Notes under the pieces: generated by a model
What the model saw: the letters and a program-made list of their open reading frames with translations, nothing else
Told to the model about the DNA's origin: nothing
Database searches by the model: none
Assembly: GCA_963709585.1 (NCBI GenBank)
Contig: CAVPXI010000015.1
Location: 96,001 to 160,000 of the forward strand
DNA: 64,000 bases
Source of the DNA: Candidatus Dormiibacterota bacterium
GTDB taxonomy: Bacteria > Chloroflexota > Dormibacteria > Aeolococcales > Aeolococcaceae
Direction: 5' to 3'
Program-made: the position numbers and the translations under genes
In this document: one piece after another, positions 29,531-40,190 of the stretch
Numbering within the stretch: the stretch's first letter is position 1
Layout of the letters: the number at the start of each line of letters is the position of its first letter

Positions 29531-31540
29531 GTGTCCGTGCCGCGGCCCGACCCGTCGAACCTGCTCGCGTTTCCGGCGGCGCCGCGACCGAGTGGACAGC
29601 GCAGTGCTGGTGACTCGCCGGCGGAGGTCATCGGCCGACCTGCCCCTCCGATCTTCGTGAGCGGGGACGCACTTCTGCTCGGTTTGCTCGCCCTCCTCAA
29701 CGAATCCGCTGATATGGACCGGGCCCTCCAGGACGGCCTCGACATGATGACCGCGGCGACACGTGGCTGCGTCGGGGAGATCTGGCTGCGCACCGGCGAG
29801 GCGCGCGACGTCGAGCTGCACTACTCGTCGTCTGACGGATCGCCGGCCGTCGCGGCTTTCGTGGCAGCCGGTAGGGCGCTCGGAGTCGGTGCCGGACCCG
29901 CGTCGATCAGCCGGGTACTGAAGACCGGACGCGGTTCGACGGCAGCCCCCATGGGCGCAGATGACTGGGGCGCCCGCTCGAGTCAGGCAGCCAAGGCTGA
30001 CCTCCGCAGCGCAATGACCTTCCCGATCCGGACCAACGACGGGGTGATCGGTGTGCTCGCCGTTTTTTGCGAGACCGTAGAGCGTCCCGTCGGCGGCGTG
30101 CTCGACGCCATCCCGGTGGCCTGCCATCACATTGGTCGCTTCCTCGAGCGGGTTCGCGCCGATGACGCCCTCCATGAAGCAACCATGGAACTTTCCGCCC
30201 TGGCCTCTACGGATTCGCTCACCGGTCTGAACAATCGGCGCGAATTCGATCGGGCGCTGCGCACCATACCGCGCCAGCCGTTCGCCGTCCTCTCCCTGGA
30301 CCTTGACGGCCTGAAGGCCACCAATGACACCCATGGCCATGCCGCGGGTGATGCGTTGCTGCGCACGGTGGGCCACACGCTCGGGCTCCTTGTGCGCGGA
30401 TGGGATGTGATGGCCCGGGTCGGCGGCGACGAGTTCGCGGCTCTGCTCCCCGAGGTGGGCGTTTTCGGCGCAAACCTGGTCGCTGATCGCATGCGCTTGG
30501 CAATGCACTCACTTGTGCTGCCCAGTGGACCAGTGCGGATCACGGTTGGCTGGAGCGCAGCGCCGGCAGGGACCGACCCCGTGTCGGTGTGGCAGCGAGC
30601 GGATGAGTCCCTGTATAAGGCCAAGCATGCCGGCGGGGATCGGGTGATGGGCTGCTCGTACGAACGGGGCGAGGCCGGTGACATCGCCGACCGTTCTTAC
30701 TCCGACGTGGTCACGCATCTTCTAGAGGGTGGACCGATCACCACGATGTTCCAACCCATCGTCGAGCTCGTCGACGGCTCAGTGCTGGGCTACGAAGCCC
30801 TGGCACGCCCGGAAGGATTTGCGGCCATGGACTCCGTGGAGGCCGTGTTCGAGGCGGCTCGAACCAGTGGCCACATTCGCGATCTCGACTGGGTGTGCCG
30901 GCGCCGGGCGCTCGAGGATGCGAAGCAGCTCCCCGACGGCGTTGCGCTCTTTCTGAACATCAGCGCTGCCGCGCTGCTCGACCCCGTCCATGGCGTCGAC
31001 CAACTTCTCCTGTTGTTGCACACGGTTCAGCGCGCGCCCCAGACCGTTGTCCTCGAGATCACCGAGCACGAGCGTATCCGCGACTACGAACGACTCGGCA
31101 ATGTCCTCGCTGCCTACCGCGCTGAAGGCATCCGTTTTGCTCTCGACGACGTGGGCGAAGGTCACTCCACCGTCGAGCTGCTCGCCGCGTCCGGCAGCGA
31201 GTACCTCAAGCTGGGGCGCAGCCTCACCATGACCTCGAACCGGGTCGGATCAAAGGCCGCGATGCATGCCACCATGGCCTTCGCACGAGTCAGTGGAGCG
31301 GTGGTCATCGCCGAGGGAATCGAGAACGAGTTCGTCGCGGACCTGATGAAGGCGGCCGGCGTTCGCTACGGGCAGGGCTTCGGGTTGGGTAAGCCGACCA
31401 GAACACGCGACATCGAGGACGTCGGCAAGGCACTGGCGGGTCGCGCCGCACTCAGCGGGCTGCGACCGCGTGCGGTCGTCGCTCCTGTAGCGACCACAAG
31501 GAGCGCTCAGCCAGAGCCGGAGGGAGTCCCGGGTAGCTGA
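29531..31540 (+). CDS. GAF-GGDEF-EAL protein
   Basis: DSLTGLNN, RGWD I-site, GGDEF; YEALAR, LEITE, LDDVGEG, AEGIE, GQGF; start uncertain. Confidence 0.92.
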   Translation: MSVPRPDPSNLLAFPAAPRPSGQRSAGDSPAEVIGRPAPPIFVSGDALLLGLLALLNESADMDRALQDGLDMMTAATRGCVGEIWLRTGEARDVELHYSSSDGSPAVAAFVAAGRALGVGAGPASISRVLKTGRGSTAAPMGADDWGARSSQAAKADLRSAMTFPIRTNDGVIGVLAVFCETVERPVGGVLDAIPVACHHIGRFLERVRADDALHEATMELSALASTDSLTGLNNRREFDRALRTIPRQPFAVLSLDLDGLKATNDTHGHAAGDALLRTVGHTLGLLVRGWDVMARVGGDEFAALLPEVGVFGANLVADRMRLAMHSLVLPSGPVRITVGWSAAPAGTDPVSVWQRADESLYKAKHAGGDRVMGCSYERGEAGDIADRSYSDVVTHLLEGGPITTMFQPIVELVDGSVLGYEALARPEGFAAMDSVEAVFEAARTSGHIRDLDWVCRRRALEDAKQLPDGVALFLNISAAALLDPVHGVDQLLLLLHTVQRAPQTVVLEITEHERIRDYERLGNVLAAYRAEGIRFALDDVGEGHSTVELLAASGSEYLKLGRSLTMTSNRVGSKAAMHATMAFARVSGAVVIAEGIENEFVADLMKAAGVRYGQGFGLGKPTRTRDIEDVGKALAGRAALSGLRPRAVVAPVATTRSAQPEPEGVPGS

Positions 31541-31565
31541 GCGCCCTTGTCGTCGGCGCGGAGTG

Positions 31566-32684
31566 TTAGTGGAGCAACTCGAACGTGTTGGTCGCGTCGT
31601 CCACGAAGTACAAGCCGTTGCCGTGTGGAGCTACGACGAGCCCAAAGAGCGCTCCGCTACCGGGCGGCGAGCCGCTCATGTCGAGCCAGGCGAACGCGAC
31701 CTGGGCACCCGCCGGCGTCGTCTCGACGATCGTTCCATCGCCGGCGTTGACGGTGAGGATGTCGCCGTTCGGCGCAAGCGTGAGCCCGAGCGGCGCGTTG
31801 AGCAAACCGTTGGCGGTCACGTCGGCGCCGGTGAATCCCGTGCTCATCCTGTTGAGCGCGTTCGGGATGGCCGCGATCCGGTTGTTGGCCGTATCCGCCA
31901 CGTAGAGGGTTCCGGCGGCGCTGAGAGCGACGCCGGTTGGGCCGACCACCAACGCAGCCGGGTCGGTGCGCTCTGCAAAACCGGAACCGACGACGGTGCT
32001 CGACACGACCCACGGCGCAGCACTGCCCGCCGTGTGCAGCACCAGCCGAACGACCGTGCCCCGATTGACCACCGCCCCATTGGCGGCGACCGTCCCATTG
32101 AGAACGTTGGTCACGAAGACGTCCGAAACAGCACCGCGATCGACCGCGGCGAGATCCCAGGGACCGTTGATTCCGAACGCGTGGTTGAGTGTCTCGACGA
32201 GTTTGCCGTTCCAGTCGAGAATGATCAGGCAGCCGGCTTTCGCAGTCGCCGAGGTGCCGTCGGAGGTCGGCAGCGACCCCACCACGACCCAGCGGTTATG
32301 GAGGATGGCAAGCCCGGTGGTCAACCCCACCCCGCCGGTGCAGATGCCGTGCACGTCGCTCGAGGTGATGTGGGCAAACACCGAACGGCCTCCGTCCGGC
32401 GTCATCTGGACGATCGTCGTGCCAGTTCCCTGGGCATTTGTCGAGTTATTGAAGTTGCTCACGAGCACGTCACCGGCAACAAGCCGGCCCTGCAACTCAT
32501 GGACTACCGCCATGCCGTACGGGTTCACATCACCATTTCGGGGCACGGTCGACCCGAGCGTGGTGACGCGCGAAAACCCGCTGATGAACAGGCCCGATGC
32601 CGATGCAGTGATCTGCCCAAACCCGATGCCGGCCATGGGCACCGCGACCATTGCCACGAGTTGGAGGATGTTACTTCGCCTCAC
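31566..32684 (-). CDS. Secreted NHL-like beta-propeller protein
   Basis: Signal peptide; NGDVNPYG, INGPWDL, GPTGVAL, LYVAD, LNAPLGL repeats. Confidence 0.75.
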   Translation of the reverse strand: MRRSNILQLVAMVAVPMAGIGFGQITASASGLFISGFSRVTTLGSTVPRNGDVNPYGMAVVHELQGRLVAGDVLVSNFNNSTNAQGTGTTIVQMTPDGGRSVFAHITSSDVHGICTGGVGLTTGLAILHNRWVVVGSLPTSDGTSATAKAGCLIILDWNGKLVETLNHAFGINGPWDLAAVDRGAVSDVFVTNVLNGTVAANGAVVNRGTVVRLVLHTAGSAAPWVVSSTVVGSGFAERTDPAALVVGPTGVALSAAGTLYVADTANNRIAAIPNALNRMSTGFTGADVTANGLLNAPLGLTLAPNGDILTVNAGDGTIVETTPAGAQVAFAWLDMSGSPPGSGALFGLVVAPHGNGLYFVDDATNTFELLH

Positions 32685-32898
32685 TGTTCGTTCTCCCTGG
32701 ACGCCGGACGGCCATCCCGACCGCCTCTAGCAGCGCCACGTATGAATACGGGGCGGGTTACGCTCAGGGGCGTGAGCCTCCCATCCTGCGTCTGGCCTCA
32801 CCCGCACGGGGCACCAATAGCGCGCGTTTCAGTATTCGGCTTGGTGCCGGGCGGAGCCAACGGAGGCGCCCTGTAAGCTAGCGGCGCAGGAGTGCTTC

Positions 32899-33678
32899 AT
32901 GGCTCGCGAGAGGTTTCGGATCGTTGCGACACCGATAGTCCTCTTCCTCGCAGCCTTCGCCTCGGCAAACGCGTATCCGAGCCCACCGGCGATCAGGTCT
33001 CGAATGGTGACCGTGTCGGCAGTCTCCGCCCCCCGCCGCCTCACGGTCAGGCCTGTGCTCACCGATCGGGCAGCCACTCCGGCGCCTTACAAACACTTGA
33101 CCAAGACTATCTACCTGACATTTGACGATGGGCCAAATCCGATCTGGACTCCGGAGATCCTTTCCCTCCTGGAGGACAGCGGTGCGCATGCGAGTTTTTT
33201 TGTCATTGGGGAGAACGCCAAATCGTGGCCCAAGTTGGTGGAGCGCGAGGCCCGCGACGGCGACACGATTGGAGATCACACCTGGTCGCACCCGAATCTG
33301 ACTCGGCTGTCGGCGACTGTCGTGTGGGCCGAGTTAGCCCGCGACCAGAACTTGATCACCGAGCTGACCGGAAAGCCGCCCAGCTTGTGGCGCCCTCCCT
33401 ACGAGGCGTTCAACCCACCGGTAGTCGCCATTGCATCCGGGTTGGGGATGAAGATGCAGCTGTGGAGCGTGGATACCGGAGATTGGCAGCTACCCGGAAC
33501 CGAGGTCATTGTGTTGCGTGTGATGGCGGCGCTTCACAACGGGATGGTCGTGCTCTTTCACGACGGGGGCGGCGATACCCGAAGCCAAACGGTGGCGGCG
33601 GTGGCCATCTTGATACCCGAGTTGCAGGCGGCAGGGTACCGGCTCGCAGCCCTGCCGGCCCAGGGAGTGGGCGAGTAG
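32899..33678 (+). CDS. Polysaccharide deacetylase (NodB/CE4)
   Basis: LTFDDGP, HTWSHP, WRPPY, WSVDTGDW, LFHDGGG; N-terminal signal. Confidence 0.93.
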   Translation: MARERFRIVATPIVLFLAAFASANAYPSPPAIRSRMVTVSAVSAPRRLTVRPVLTDRAATPAPYKHLTKTIYLTFDDGPNPIWTPEILSLLEDSGAHASFFVIGENAKSWPKLVEREARDGDTIGDHTWSHPNLTRLSATVVWAELARDQNLITELTGKPPSLWRPPYEAFNPPVVAIASGLGMKMQLWSVDTGDWQLPGTEVIVLRVMAALHNGMVVLFHDGGGDTRSQTVAAVAILIPELQAAGYRLAALPAQGVGE

Positions 33679-33691
33679 GTAGGCAGGCTCC

Positions 33692-34900
33692 TCAGCTCGT
33701 CACGACCACGACTGGAGTGTTGACCTCCGTTTCGATATACGGGCCATCGATCAACCACGACAGTTCATACGCTCCTGCGACGGCGGATGCCCTTTTCAGC
33801 GGCAGCTCCATGGCAAAGGTCCGCGAATGCCCTGCACCCAGCGAGGGCACTGCAGCACAGTTGAGCAAATACCGTGCAACCGCAAAACCCGCGCCACCCT
33901 TGATGGATTCGCTGTAGCCGGGGCAGGGACGAAAGTACAGGGTCTGATCGGACACATTGGTCAGTGTCACGGTGTAGTCGAGCGTCGTCCCGAGGCGCGC
34001 TGGAGAAGCAACCGAAATTGAAACGTCAAGATTCGATGCAGGCGTGAGCTCAGCGGGTTGGTAGCCCGGCTGCTGAAATGACGACACCATCATCGGGTAC
34101 TGTGCGGTGGGCGCACAACCCGGGACTTGAGCACCGCCGAATGGCGCGTCGAAGCGGAAGACACCCCCATCGCGAAGCGTGACGACGACGGTCGCCACCG
34201 TCGCGCTGCCGCAGATTGGAATATCGCTCTGGAGCAACAAATAGGTTTGCCCCTTGACGGGGTCGTTCGGGCCTCCGCTGGCGATCCGTGGGAGTAGTTC
34301 GACACCCGCGTTTGCATATGTGGGGATGTAGCCGCCATCAGCCAGTGCGACCCGGTACTCCGTGACGCGATGGCCCTTGGCGTCGAGGAAGCGAACACTG
34401 GTTGGAAACCCGCTGAGGGTGCATGGGGTAGCGGCACGGTCTGTGAAGATCAACGGCGCCCCGTAGTGACCCAACCCTCCGCCGCCGGGTCCGGGGTGAG
34501 CGATGAGGTCGCGGCTCCGGCACACCTGCAGTCCCGCCGGCGGGCTCGACGGTGTTGGTTGTGGTGTGGGTGTTGGCTCGAGCCCCGCCGGTGTGTCGAT
34601 CCACGGAACGGCTGCCTCGGACGGCGAAGGTCGTGGTGTCTGGGCGGCCGCAGCAGCGCGTGGTTGCGAGGGTTGCGCCCTCCCGGCTCCAATGATTCTG
34701 GGAACGGCAATCGCCAGTGCGATCACCAGGGCGGTGCCGATTCCCACTGCGAGCGACGCCGCCAGCCGGCCAGTACGCGAGCGGCGCGGAGGCTGTTCTG
34801 CACCCACGGCCAATCCGATGCGCACTCGGAGATCGCCTCGAGGCGGGAGGTAGGCCTCGTCGAACACCCTTCTCAACTGGTCAGCGAGCTTGCTGCTCAT
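33692..34900 (-). CDS. Putative anti-sigma membrane protein with extracellular DUF4232-like domain
   Basis: Short cytoplasmic N-terminus, one TM, Pro-rich linker, C...DL...FT....CTLSGFP; 4-nt overlap with an ECF sigma. Confidence 0.65.
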   Translation of the reverse strand: MSSKLADQLRRVFDEAYLPPRGDLRVRIGLAVGAEQPPRRSRTGRLAASLAVGIGTALVIALAIAVPRIIGAGRAQPSQPRAAAAAQTPRPSPSEAAVPWIDTPAGLEPTPTPQPTPSSPPAGLQVCRSRDLIAHPGPGGGGLGHYGAPLIFTDRAATPCTLSGFPTSVRFLDAKGHRVTEYRVALADGGYIPTYANAGVELLPRIASGGPNDPVKGQTYLLLQSDIPICGSATVATVVVTLRDGGVFRFDAPFGGAQVPGCAPTAQYPMMVSSFQQPGYQPAELTPASNLDVSISVASPARLGTTLDYTVTLTNVSDQTLYFRPCPGYSESIKGGAGFAVARYLLNCAAVPSLGAGHSRTFAMELPLKRASAVAGAYELSWLIDGPYIETEVNTPVVVVTS

Positions 34901-35520
34901 CGCATCTCCTCGAAGCGATTCGACATCGCGTGGCCGGATTGCGCTGGGAGGTTGGTACCGCGCAGGTCTTCATCAGTCGTGTATGCGGAGCGAAGCGCCA
35001 ACACCGCGCGACGGAGCCGCGATCTGGCTGCGGCCTGGGACACGCCGAGCACCCGAGCCACCTCCTCGATGGGTAGATCAAGCCAGTACACCAAGGCGAG
35101 GACCAGCCGTTTCTCGCTGCCGAGGTGGGCGACGGTGTTGCGCAGATCGATGGCCTCCGCTGCACGACCCTCGAGTTGTTGACCAGACGGGCCGGTCGCC
35201 TCCTCCACCGGTCCGCTGCCACCTGGCAGATGCCACCATCGGCGACGGCGCACCGAACGGCATTCGTTGGCCACGATGGTGAGGAACCAGGGGCGGACGT
35301 CCCCGCGCTCCGCGCGAAGCGTGGCCACGGCCTTCCACGCCTTGAGAGCCGCTTCCTGCACCGCGTCCTCCGCGGCCTCGCGTTGGGCGAGCATCGTGAA
35401 GGCGAGCTTGTGCGCGGGTATGAGGACGGGAGCCAGCAACTCCTCGAACGCAGTCGGGTCGCCTTCGCGCGCAGCCGCGACCAGGGGTCCGGCGCCGGCG
35501 AGCGGGGCGGGAACTGACAT
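34897..35520 (-). CDS. ECF RNA polymerase sigma factor
   Basis: AREGDPTAFEEL, AEDAVQEA.LKAW, PWFLTIVAN, EVARVLGVS..AARSRL.RA. Confidence 0.9.
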   Translation of the reverse strand: MSVPAPLAGAGPLVAAAREGDPTAFEELLAPVLIPAHKLAFTMLAQREAAEDAVQEAALKAWKAVATLRAERGDVRPWFLTIVANECRSVRRRRWWHLPGGSGPVEEATGPSGQQLEGRAAEAIDLRNTVAHLGSEKRLVLALVYWLDLPIEEVARVLGVSQAAARSRLRRAVLALRSAYTTDEDLRGTNLPAQSGHAMSNRFEEMR

Positions 35521-35664
35521 CGGCAACTCATATGACGCTGGACGGGGCGGTTTCGTGTCGGTGAAGTTTTCGGCGTGGTCGTGTCCCAGGGGCCCGGAGT
35601 GGCCGGTGCCTGTTTCCCGGACCGTTACCTTTTGCCTCCCTCCCGGGGTCTTACTGGCAAGCAC

Positions 35665-36207
35665 ATGGCAACGGACGAGCAAGAGCTGCTCACGCGGAGG
35701 CCGGTCGGCGTGAGTTCCGAGGAGATCGCGAGCCACGACGAGGCGGCTTTCGCGGAGGCGCTCCTCGCCGCCCTACGGCCGGCATTTCGAGCCCTCCGTG
35801 CCATAGGTCTGTCCGAAGATGACGCTGCCGACGTACTCCAGGATGCCTCGATCCGGGCGTGGCGGCACCGCTCCCAGCGACACGGTGACTTCGCGGCGTG
35901 GTTCATTGCCATCGCCTATCACGAGGCGCGGCGCCCTCACCACCGCTGGCCCGCACTCCCGGTCTTTTGGCAAGGAACGAGGGGCTCATCGGACCAGAAG
36001 GGGCAAAACGATGACCTCGACCGCGCTCTTGCGCGGCTGCCGAGGCGGCAGCGGACCGCTATCTCCCTGCGCTACGGCAGTGATCTGACGATTCTCGATG
36101 TCGCCGGCACGCTGGGCATCAGTGAGGCCGCGGCCAAGCAGCTGCTTGCCAGAGCACGCGAGTCGCTCCGTCGAACGCTGTCATCGATTCCAAGAGGTGA
36201 GCCATGA
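35665..36207 (+). CDS. ECF RNA polymerase sigma factor (divergently transcribed)
   Basis: AADVLQDA..RAW, AWF..IA, LPRRQRTAI.LRY, VAGTLGISE.AAK.LL.RAR. Confidence 0.88.
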   Translation: MATDEQELLTRRPVGVSSEEIASHDEAAFAEALLAALRPAFRALRAIGLSEDDAADVLQDASIRAWRHRSQRHGDFAAWFIAIAYHEARRPHHRWPALPVFWQGTRGSSDQKGQNDDLDRALARLPRRQRTAISLRYGSDLTILDVAGTLGISEAAAKQLLARARESLRRTLSSIPRGEP

Positions 36208-37490
36208 GCAATGACGGCGATGTGATCGCGGAGACACTGAATTCCCGTCCCCTCACTCTGACCGAAGAGGTCGCGCTCGCTCGTGTGGAGCGGTTCGTGT
36301 CGCGCCACGACTTCGCAGCGCCGCGACATCCGAAGCTTGCGCTCGAGCTCCTCCTTGCCGGCGTCGTCGCCGCGGTGGCGATCACGTTCATCGTGGCGCT
36401 TACCCGTCATTCGCTTTCAACGCCAACGCCGGCGCGCCCCACTCCGGTGCCCGTAGCCACCGCCACTGCGACTGCCAGCCCTCCAACTCCGTCAACGAGC
36501 CCGCCTCTGGGACCCGCCATCCCATTGCGCATCACGCAGCAACTGAAACTTGGCAGCTTCCAGGCCAACGCGATATCAGTGGGTTTGGGCAGCGTGTGGG
36601 TTGCGGCCCATAGTCCGGTATATGGGGACAGGGGCAGACTGTTTCGCGTCAATGCATCGTCGGCTCGCCAGACTGGAAGCTGGATGGTCGGGGGAGACCC
36701 GGAGGCGGTTTCGGCGGCCGGCAGCTACGTCTGGGTGGCCAACAGCTTCGGCGATGGTTCGCTCGTGTTGCCCGATCAGAACACCGTCATGCAGTTCAAT
36801 GCGACCACCGGAGCTCTGCTGCACCTGTATCGAATCTCGAGCCCCACCGCAGTGGCGGCGAATGGAAACAGCGCGCTCGTCGTGTCCTCCCGTACGGCGA
36901 ACGGTCCCACCGACATGTATTTCCTGACCGCCGGACGGTCATCACTGGTCGCCACCGTGCAAGGCGTCCTGCAGGGTCCATCGCTGTCGGGTGACGCCGC
37001 ACTCGCCGTCTGTGGTGGCCAGGTATATCTCGGCGTGAGCGAGCTCTCCGCCAGCGGTGCCCAGAGCGTCAACATCTACGTGATTCGCATCGGTGGCGGA
37101 CGTGTGGGGACCATCGCGACGATTCAGGGTGAGTGGTGGCCCGCGATGACCTGCGGGGGCAACTGGCTCTACGTCTTCGACGGGGCTGGAGACCTTCCGA
37201 TGCTCGTGAATCCGGTGGATGGCAGAGTAAGCACGCTGCTCGAAGGATCGGGCGCTTCGGCGGTCGGCTTCGAATCGGGATTTATCTGGCAGCTGCACAA
37301 CGCGTACGGCCCTCCAGGATCGGGGGGATACCTCACCGCCCTGGACCCGAACACGGGCCTCGAGTCGTCGTCCCGTCTGACCATCCCCGGCACCGTGTCA
37401 TCCGACGCGTTTCTCCTCGCCCCGGGTGCGCCCGGCTTGTGGGTGGTCGGCGGCAACGAGGGTCTCCTTCTGCACGTCATCTTCGGCTAG
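36204..37490 (+). CDS. Putative anti-sigma membrane protein with extracellular beta-propeller
   Basis: 4-nt overlap with the sigma; one TM; Pro/Thr linker; GSVWV and YVWVAN repeats. Confidence 0.65.
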   Translation: MSNDGDVIAETLNSRPLTLTEEVALARVERFVSRHDFAAPRHPKLALELLLAGVVAAVAITFIVALTRHSLSTPTPARPTPVPVATATATASPPTPSTSPPLGPAIPLRITQQLKLGSFQANAISVGLGSVWVAAHSPVYGDRGRLFRVNASSARQTGSWMVGGDPEAVSAAGSYVWVANSFGDGSLVLPDQNTVMQFNATTGALLHLYRISSPTAVAANGNSALVVSSRTANGPTDMYFLTAGRSSLVATVQGVLQGPSLSGDAALAVCGGQVYLGVSELSASGAQSVNIYVIRIGGGRVGTIATIQGEWWPAMTCGGNWLYVFDGAGDLPMLVNPVDGRVSTLLEGSGASAVGFESGFIWQLHNAYGPPGSGGYLTALDPNTGLESSSRLTIPGTVSSDAFLLAPGAPGLWVVGGNEGLLLHVIFG

Positions 37491-37602
37491 GCGGAATGCG
37501 TGCCCCACGCCTCTTGAGACCACCCCCGCGATGAGGCCCCCAGGTCGGACGGTCAGCCACGACCAATACGAAGGATAGGCGCCCTCAACGGGTTCCCCTA
37601 AC

Positions 37603-38590
37603 ATGGTCGAAACGATGACGGGTGCCCGTGGAGAAGATCCATCCGCCGCGCCCCCGGCCTTGATGGTCGACCAGCTGACCAAGCGGTTCGGCGAGCGCAC
37701 CGCATTCCAGGACGTTTCCTTCACCGTCGCTTCGGGCGAGGTGTTCGGCTTTCTCGGACCGAACGGGGCGGGGAAGACGACCACGGTTCGGACTCTGGGG
37801 ACGCTGATCGCACCCACGTCGGGTACCGCAAGCGTCGCCGGGATTCCGTTGACGTCGCAGAACGGACCGGAGATCCGACAGCGCATCGCGATCATGCCGG
37901 AAAACCCGGGCCTGTACCGACGCCTCACGGTGACCGAGAACCTTGAGCTCTTCGCAGGTCTCTACCAGCAGCGCAACGCAGCTGCTCGGATCGGCGAGGC
38001 GCTCGAGGCCGTGAACCTCACGGCGCGTGCGCGCGACCTTTGTGGCAGTCTGTCCAAGGGACTGTTGCAACGTGTTGGACTGGCGCGGGCGTTGCTCAAC
38101 GACCCTGCGGTCATGTTCCTCGACGAGCCCACATCCGGGTTGGATCCCGTCGCGACGCGTGAGGTGAACGACCTCATCACCGGGCTGCGCCAGCGCGGGG
38201 TCACTGTCTTCCTCACCACCCACCGCCTGGAGGAGGCGGAGCGGCTGTGTGACCGCGTTGCAATCCTCAACACCACGCTCCGCCTGGTGGGCCGGCCTGA
38301 CGAGCTCCGTGAGCGGCTCTTCAGCCGATCACTGGTCGTCGAGACGTTGACACCGCTCGCCACGCCAGATGCGCTCTTCAACAGCACCGACGGAGTCGAA
38401 AGCTGGCGGCCCGACGGGGCGAGCAGTTACGTGCTGAGTGTCACCGACCCGAGGAGGATCGCTCCGCAGGTGACCCGAGCACTCGTCGCCGCGGGTGCCG
38501 ACGTGGTCTCGATTAGCGAGTTCGCGTCACTCCCTCGAGGACGTCTACCTTCAGTTGATCGACGACGACCCGGAGGCATCGCAGCGATGA
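37603..38590 (+). CDS. ABC transporter ATP-binding protein (frameshift at about 38525)
   Basis: GPNGAGKT, LSKG, FLDEPT; true C-terminus HSLEDVYL in another frame, ending TGA 38590. Confidence 0.88.
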
Positions 38591-39420
38591 AGTTCAGCTT
38601 CAGACGTCTGGGTGCGGTGCTTCGCAAAGAGGTCCGTGAATACCGCCGCAGCCCCTTCATCGTCGGGACCATGGCGGTGCTCCCGCTCGTGTTCCTCGTA
38701 GAACCCTTGATCGTCATCTTTCGCATCGGCCCGTCGGTCGCGGCAAGCGCAGTGGATAAGGCGGTTGGAAGCACGTTTCTGCTGCTGCTGATCGCGCCCG
38801 CCCTGCTGCCGGCTGTCATTGCCGCGTACTCCGTGGTCGGAGAGCGCGAGCAGGGCACCCTCGAACCCCTGCTGACCACCCCGCTGCGCCGCGAGGAGCT
38901 GCTCCTTGGCAAGGCGCTCGGCGTCGTTGTTCCTGCGGTCGGCATCGCCTATGTGCTTTTCGTTGTTATCCAGGTCTGTGCCCGCCTCTTCGCCAGTAAC
39001 GCGGCTGTGGTCTCCGCCCTAGGGCAAGGTCCGCATATCCTGGCGGAGATTCTCTTCGCACCACTTCTGGCAGGGTGGTCGATCTGCGTGGGCATCGGCA
39101 TCTCGACGCGAGCGAGCGACGTTCGTGTCGCGCAACAGTTGGGGACATTGTCGAGCATCCCACCGCTCGCCGTCGTTGCGTTGGTGTCCTTCAATGTGTT
39201 CACGCCGAGCGTCACCCTCGCCGTGGTGTTCGCACTGATCCTCCTCGTGGCCGACGTGATTCTGTTTCGCGTCGTCGCGGCGTTGTTCGATCGCGAGCGG
39301 CTCATCACCGGCGCGTCGGCCCGGCAAGCGCCGAGCGGCGGCGGTCAGGTCCCACCCGCCGGGGCGGTTCGGCAGATACGGCGTATCCGGGGTAGCGAAG
39401 CTGAGCGACGCGACAGTTAG
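38587..39420 (+). CDS. ABC-2 type transporter permease
   Basis: LRKEVREY, VVGEREQGTLEPLL.TP, LLGKAL; about 6 TMs; ATGA overlap. Confidence 0.88.
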   Translation: MKFSFRRLGAVLRKEVREYRRSPFIVGTMAVLPLVFLVEPLIVIFRIGPSVAASAVDKAVGSTFLLLLIAPALLPAVIAAYSVVGEREQGTLEPLLTTPLRREELLLGKALGVVVPAVGIAYVLFVVIQVCARLFASNAAVVSALGQGPHILAEILFAPLLAGWSICVGIGISTRASDVRVAQQLGTLSSIPPLAVVALVSFNVFTPSVTLAVVFALILLVADVILFRVVAALFDRERLITGASARQAPSGGGQVPPAGAVRQIRRIRGSEAERRDS

Positions 39421-39459
39421 GTTGTCTCGGACGTGGAGTGGGATCCGTATCGGCGACCG

Positions 39460-39954
39460 TTACGTACCCGTTGGCGGTGTCTCGCCGGGCGCAAAGCGAC
39501 CCATGTCTGCTCCGATCTTCTTGCCGATGTTGGCCACATGCAGGTGAATCTCGTCGAGGAGATCGGTGGCCTTTTTCACCTGTGCAGTCAGGGCTGTGTT
39601 CTCGGCGAGAAGCGTCTTGATATCGTCGGTGTTGTTCTCGGTATGCAGCGCTACCTCAGAGGCGATCGCATCAGCTCTCTTCGCGGCGATGAGCAGGGCA
39701 GCTGCCTGAATGCCCGCCAGCATCGAGAGAAAGAGGTTGAGAAGAATAAAGGGATACGGGTCAAATCCCGAGCCACCACCCACATGAAGCACGCCGTTGA
39801 CGACGGCCCAGATGATCATTACCGCGAAGAAGACGAAGACGAAGGGCCAAGACCCCATTCCGTTGCGCATCTTATCGGCGGCCCTCTCGCCGAGCGAGAG
39901 TCGGTCACCGGCGCGTACGGTCGGATGCTTCCCCCATTGGTGTTGCCAAGCCAT
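39460..39954 (-). CDS. DUF1003 family membrane protein
   Basis: GERAAD...MGSW.F, FDPYPFILLNLFLS..A..QA. Confidence 0.9.
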   Translation of the reverse strand: MAWQHQWGKHPTVRAGDRLSLGERAADKMRNGMGSWPFVFVFFAVMIIWAVVNGVLHVGGGSGFDPYPFILLNLFLSMLAGIQAAALLIAAKRADAIASEVALHTENNTDDIKTLLAENTALTAQVKKATDLLDEIHLHVANIGKKIGADMGRFAPGETPPTGT

Positions 39955-40190
39955 GATCAGCTCCTTTCAAGCGCCTGATGGCGAATGTCCGGGATGGACA
40001 TTCACAGAAGCGTGTCATGTGCGTGGACTCTTGACGCGGGTTTGGGGGCAGCGCGGTTGAGCACGCTCCCACTGATACGGCACGACCTGGCTAGATGCGG
40101 CGGAACGTCTCTCCGACGCCTGCGTGGGTGAGGAGCGCCTCGTTTCGGGTCTCTGACAAGAGCCCAGGCGATGCCGGCTGCCGGCGGCAT

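Noticed and set aside
37603-39420. Apparent novel 605-aa ABC ATPase-permease fusion
   Set aside because: The normal ATPase C-terminus (SLEDVYL) is in another frame and ends at an ATGA overlap with the permease start, so the fusion is a frameshift product.
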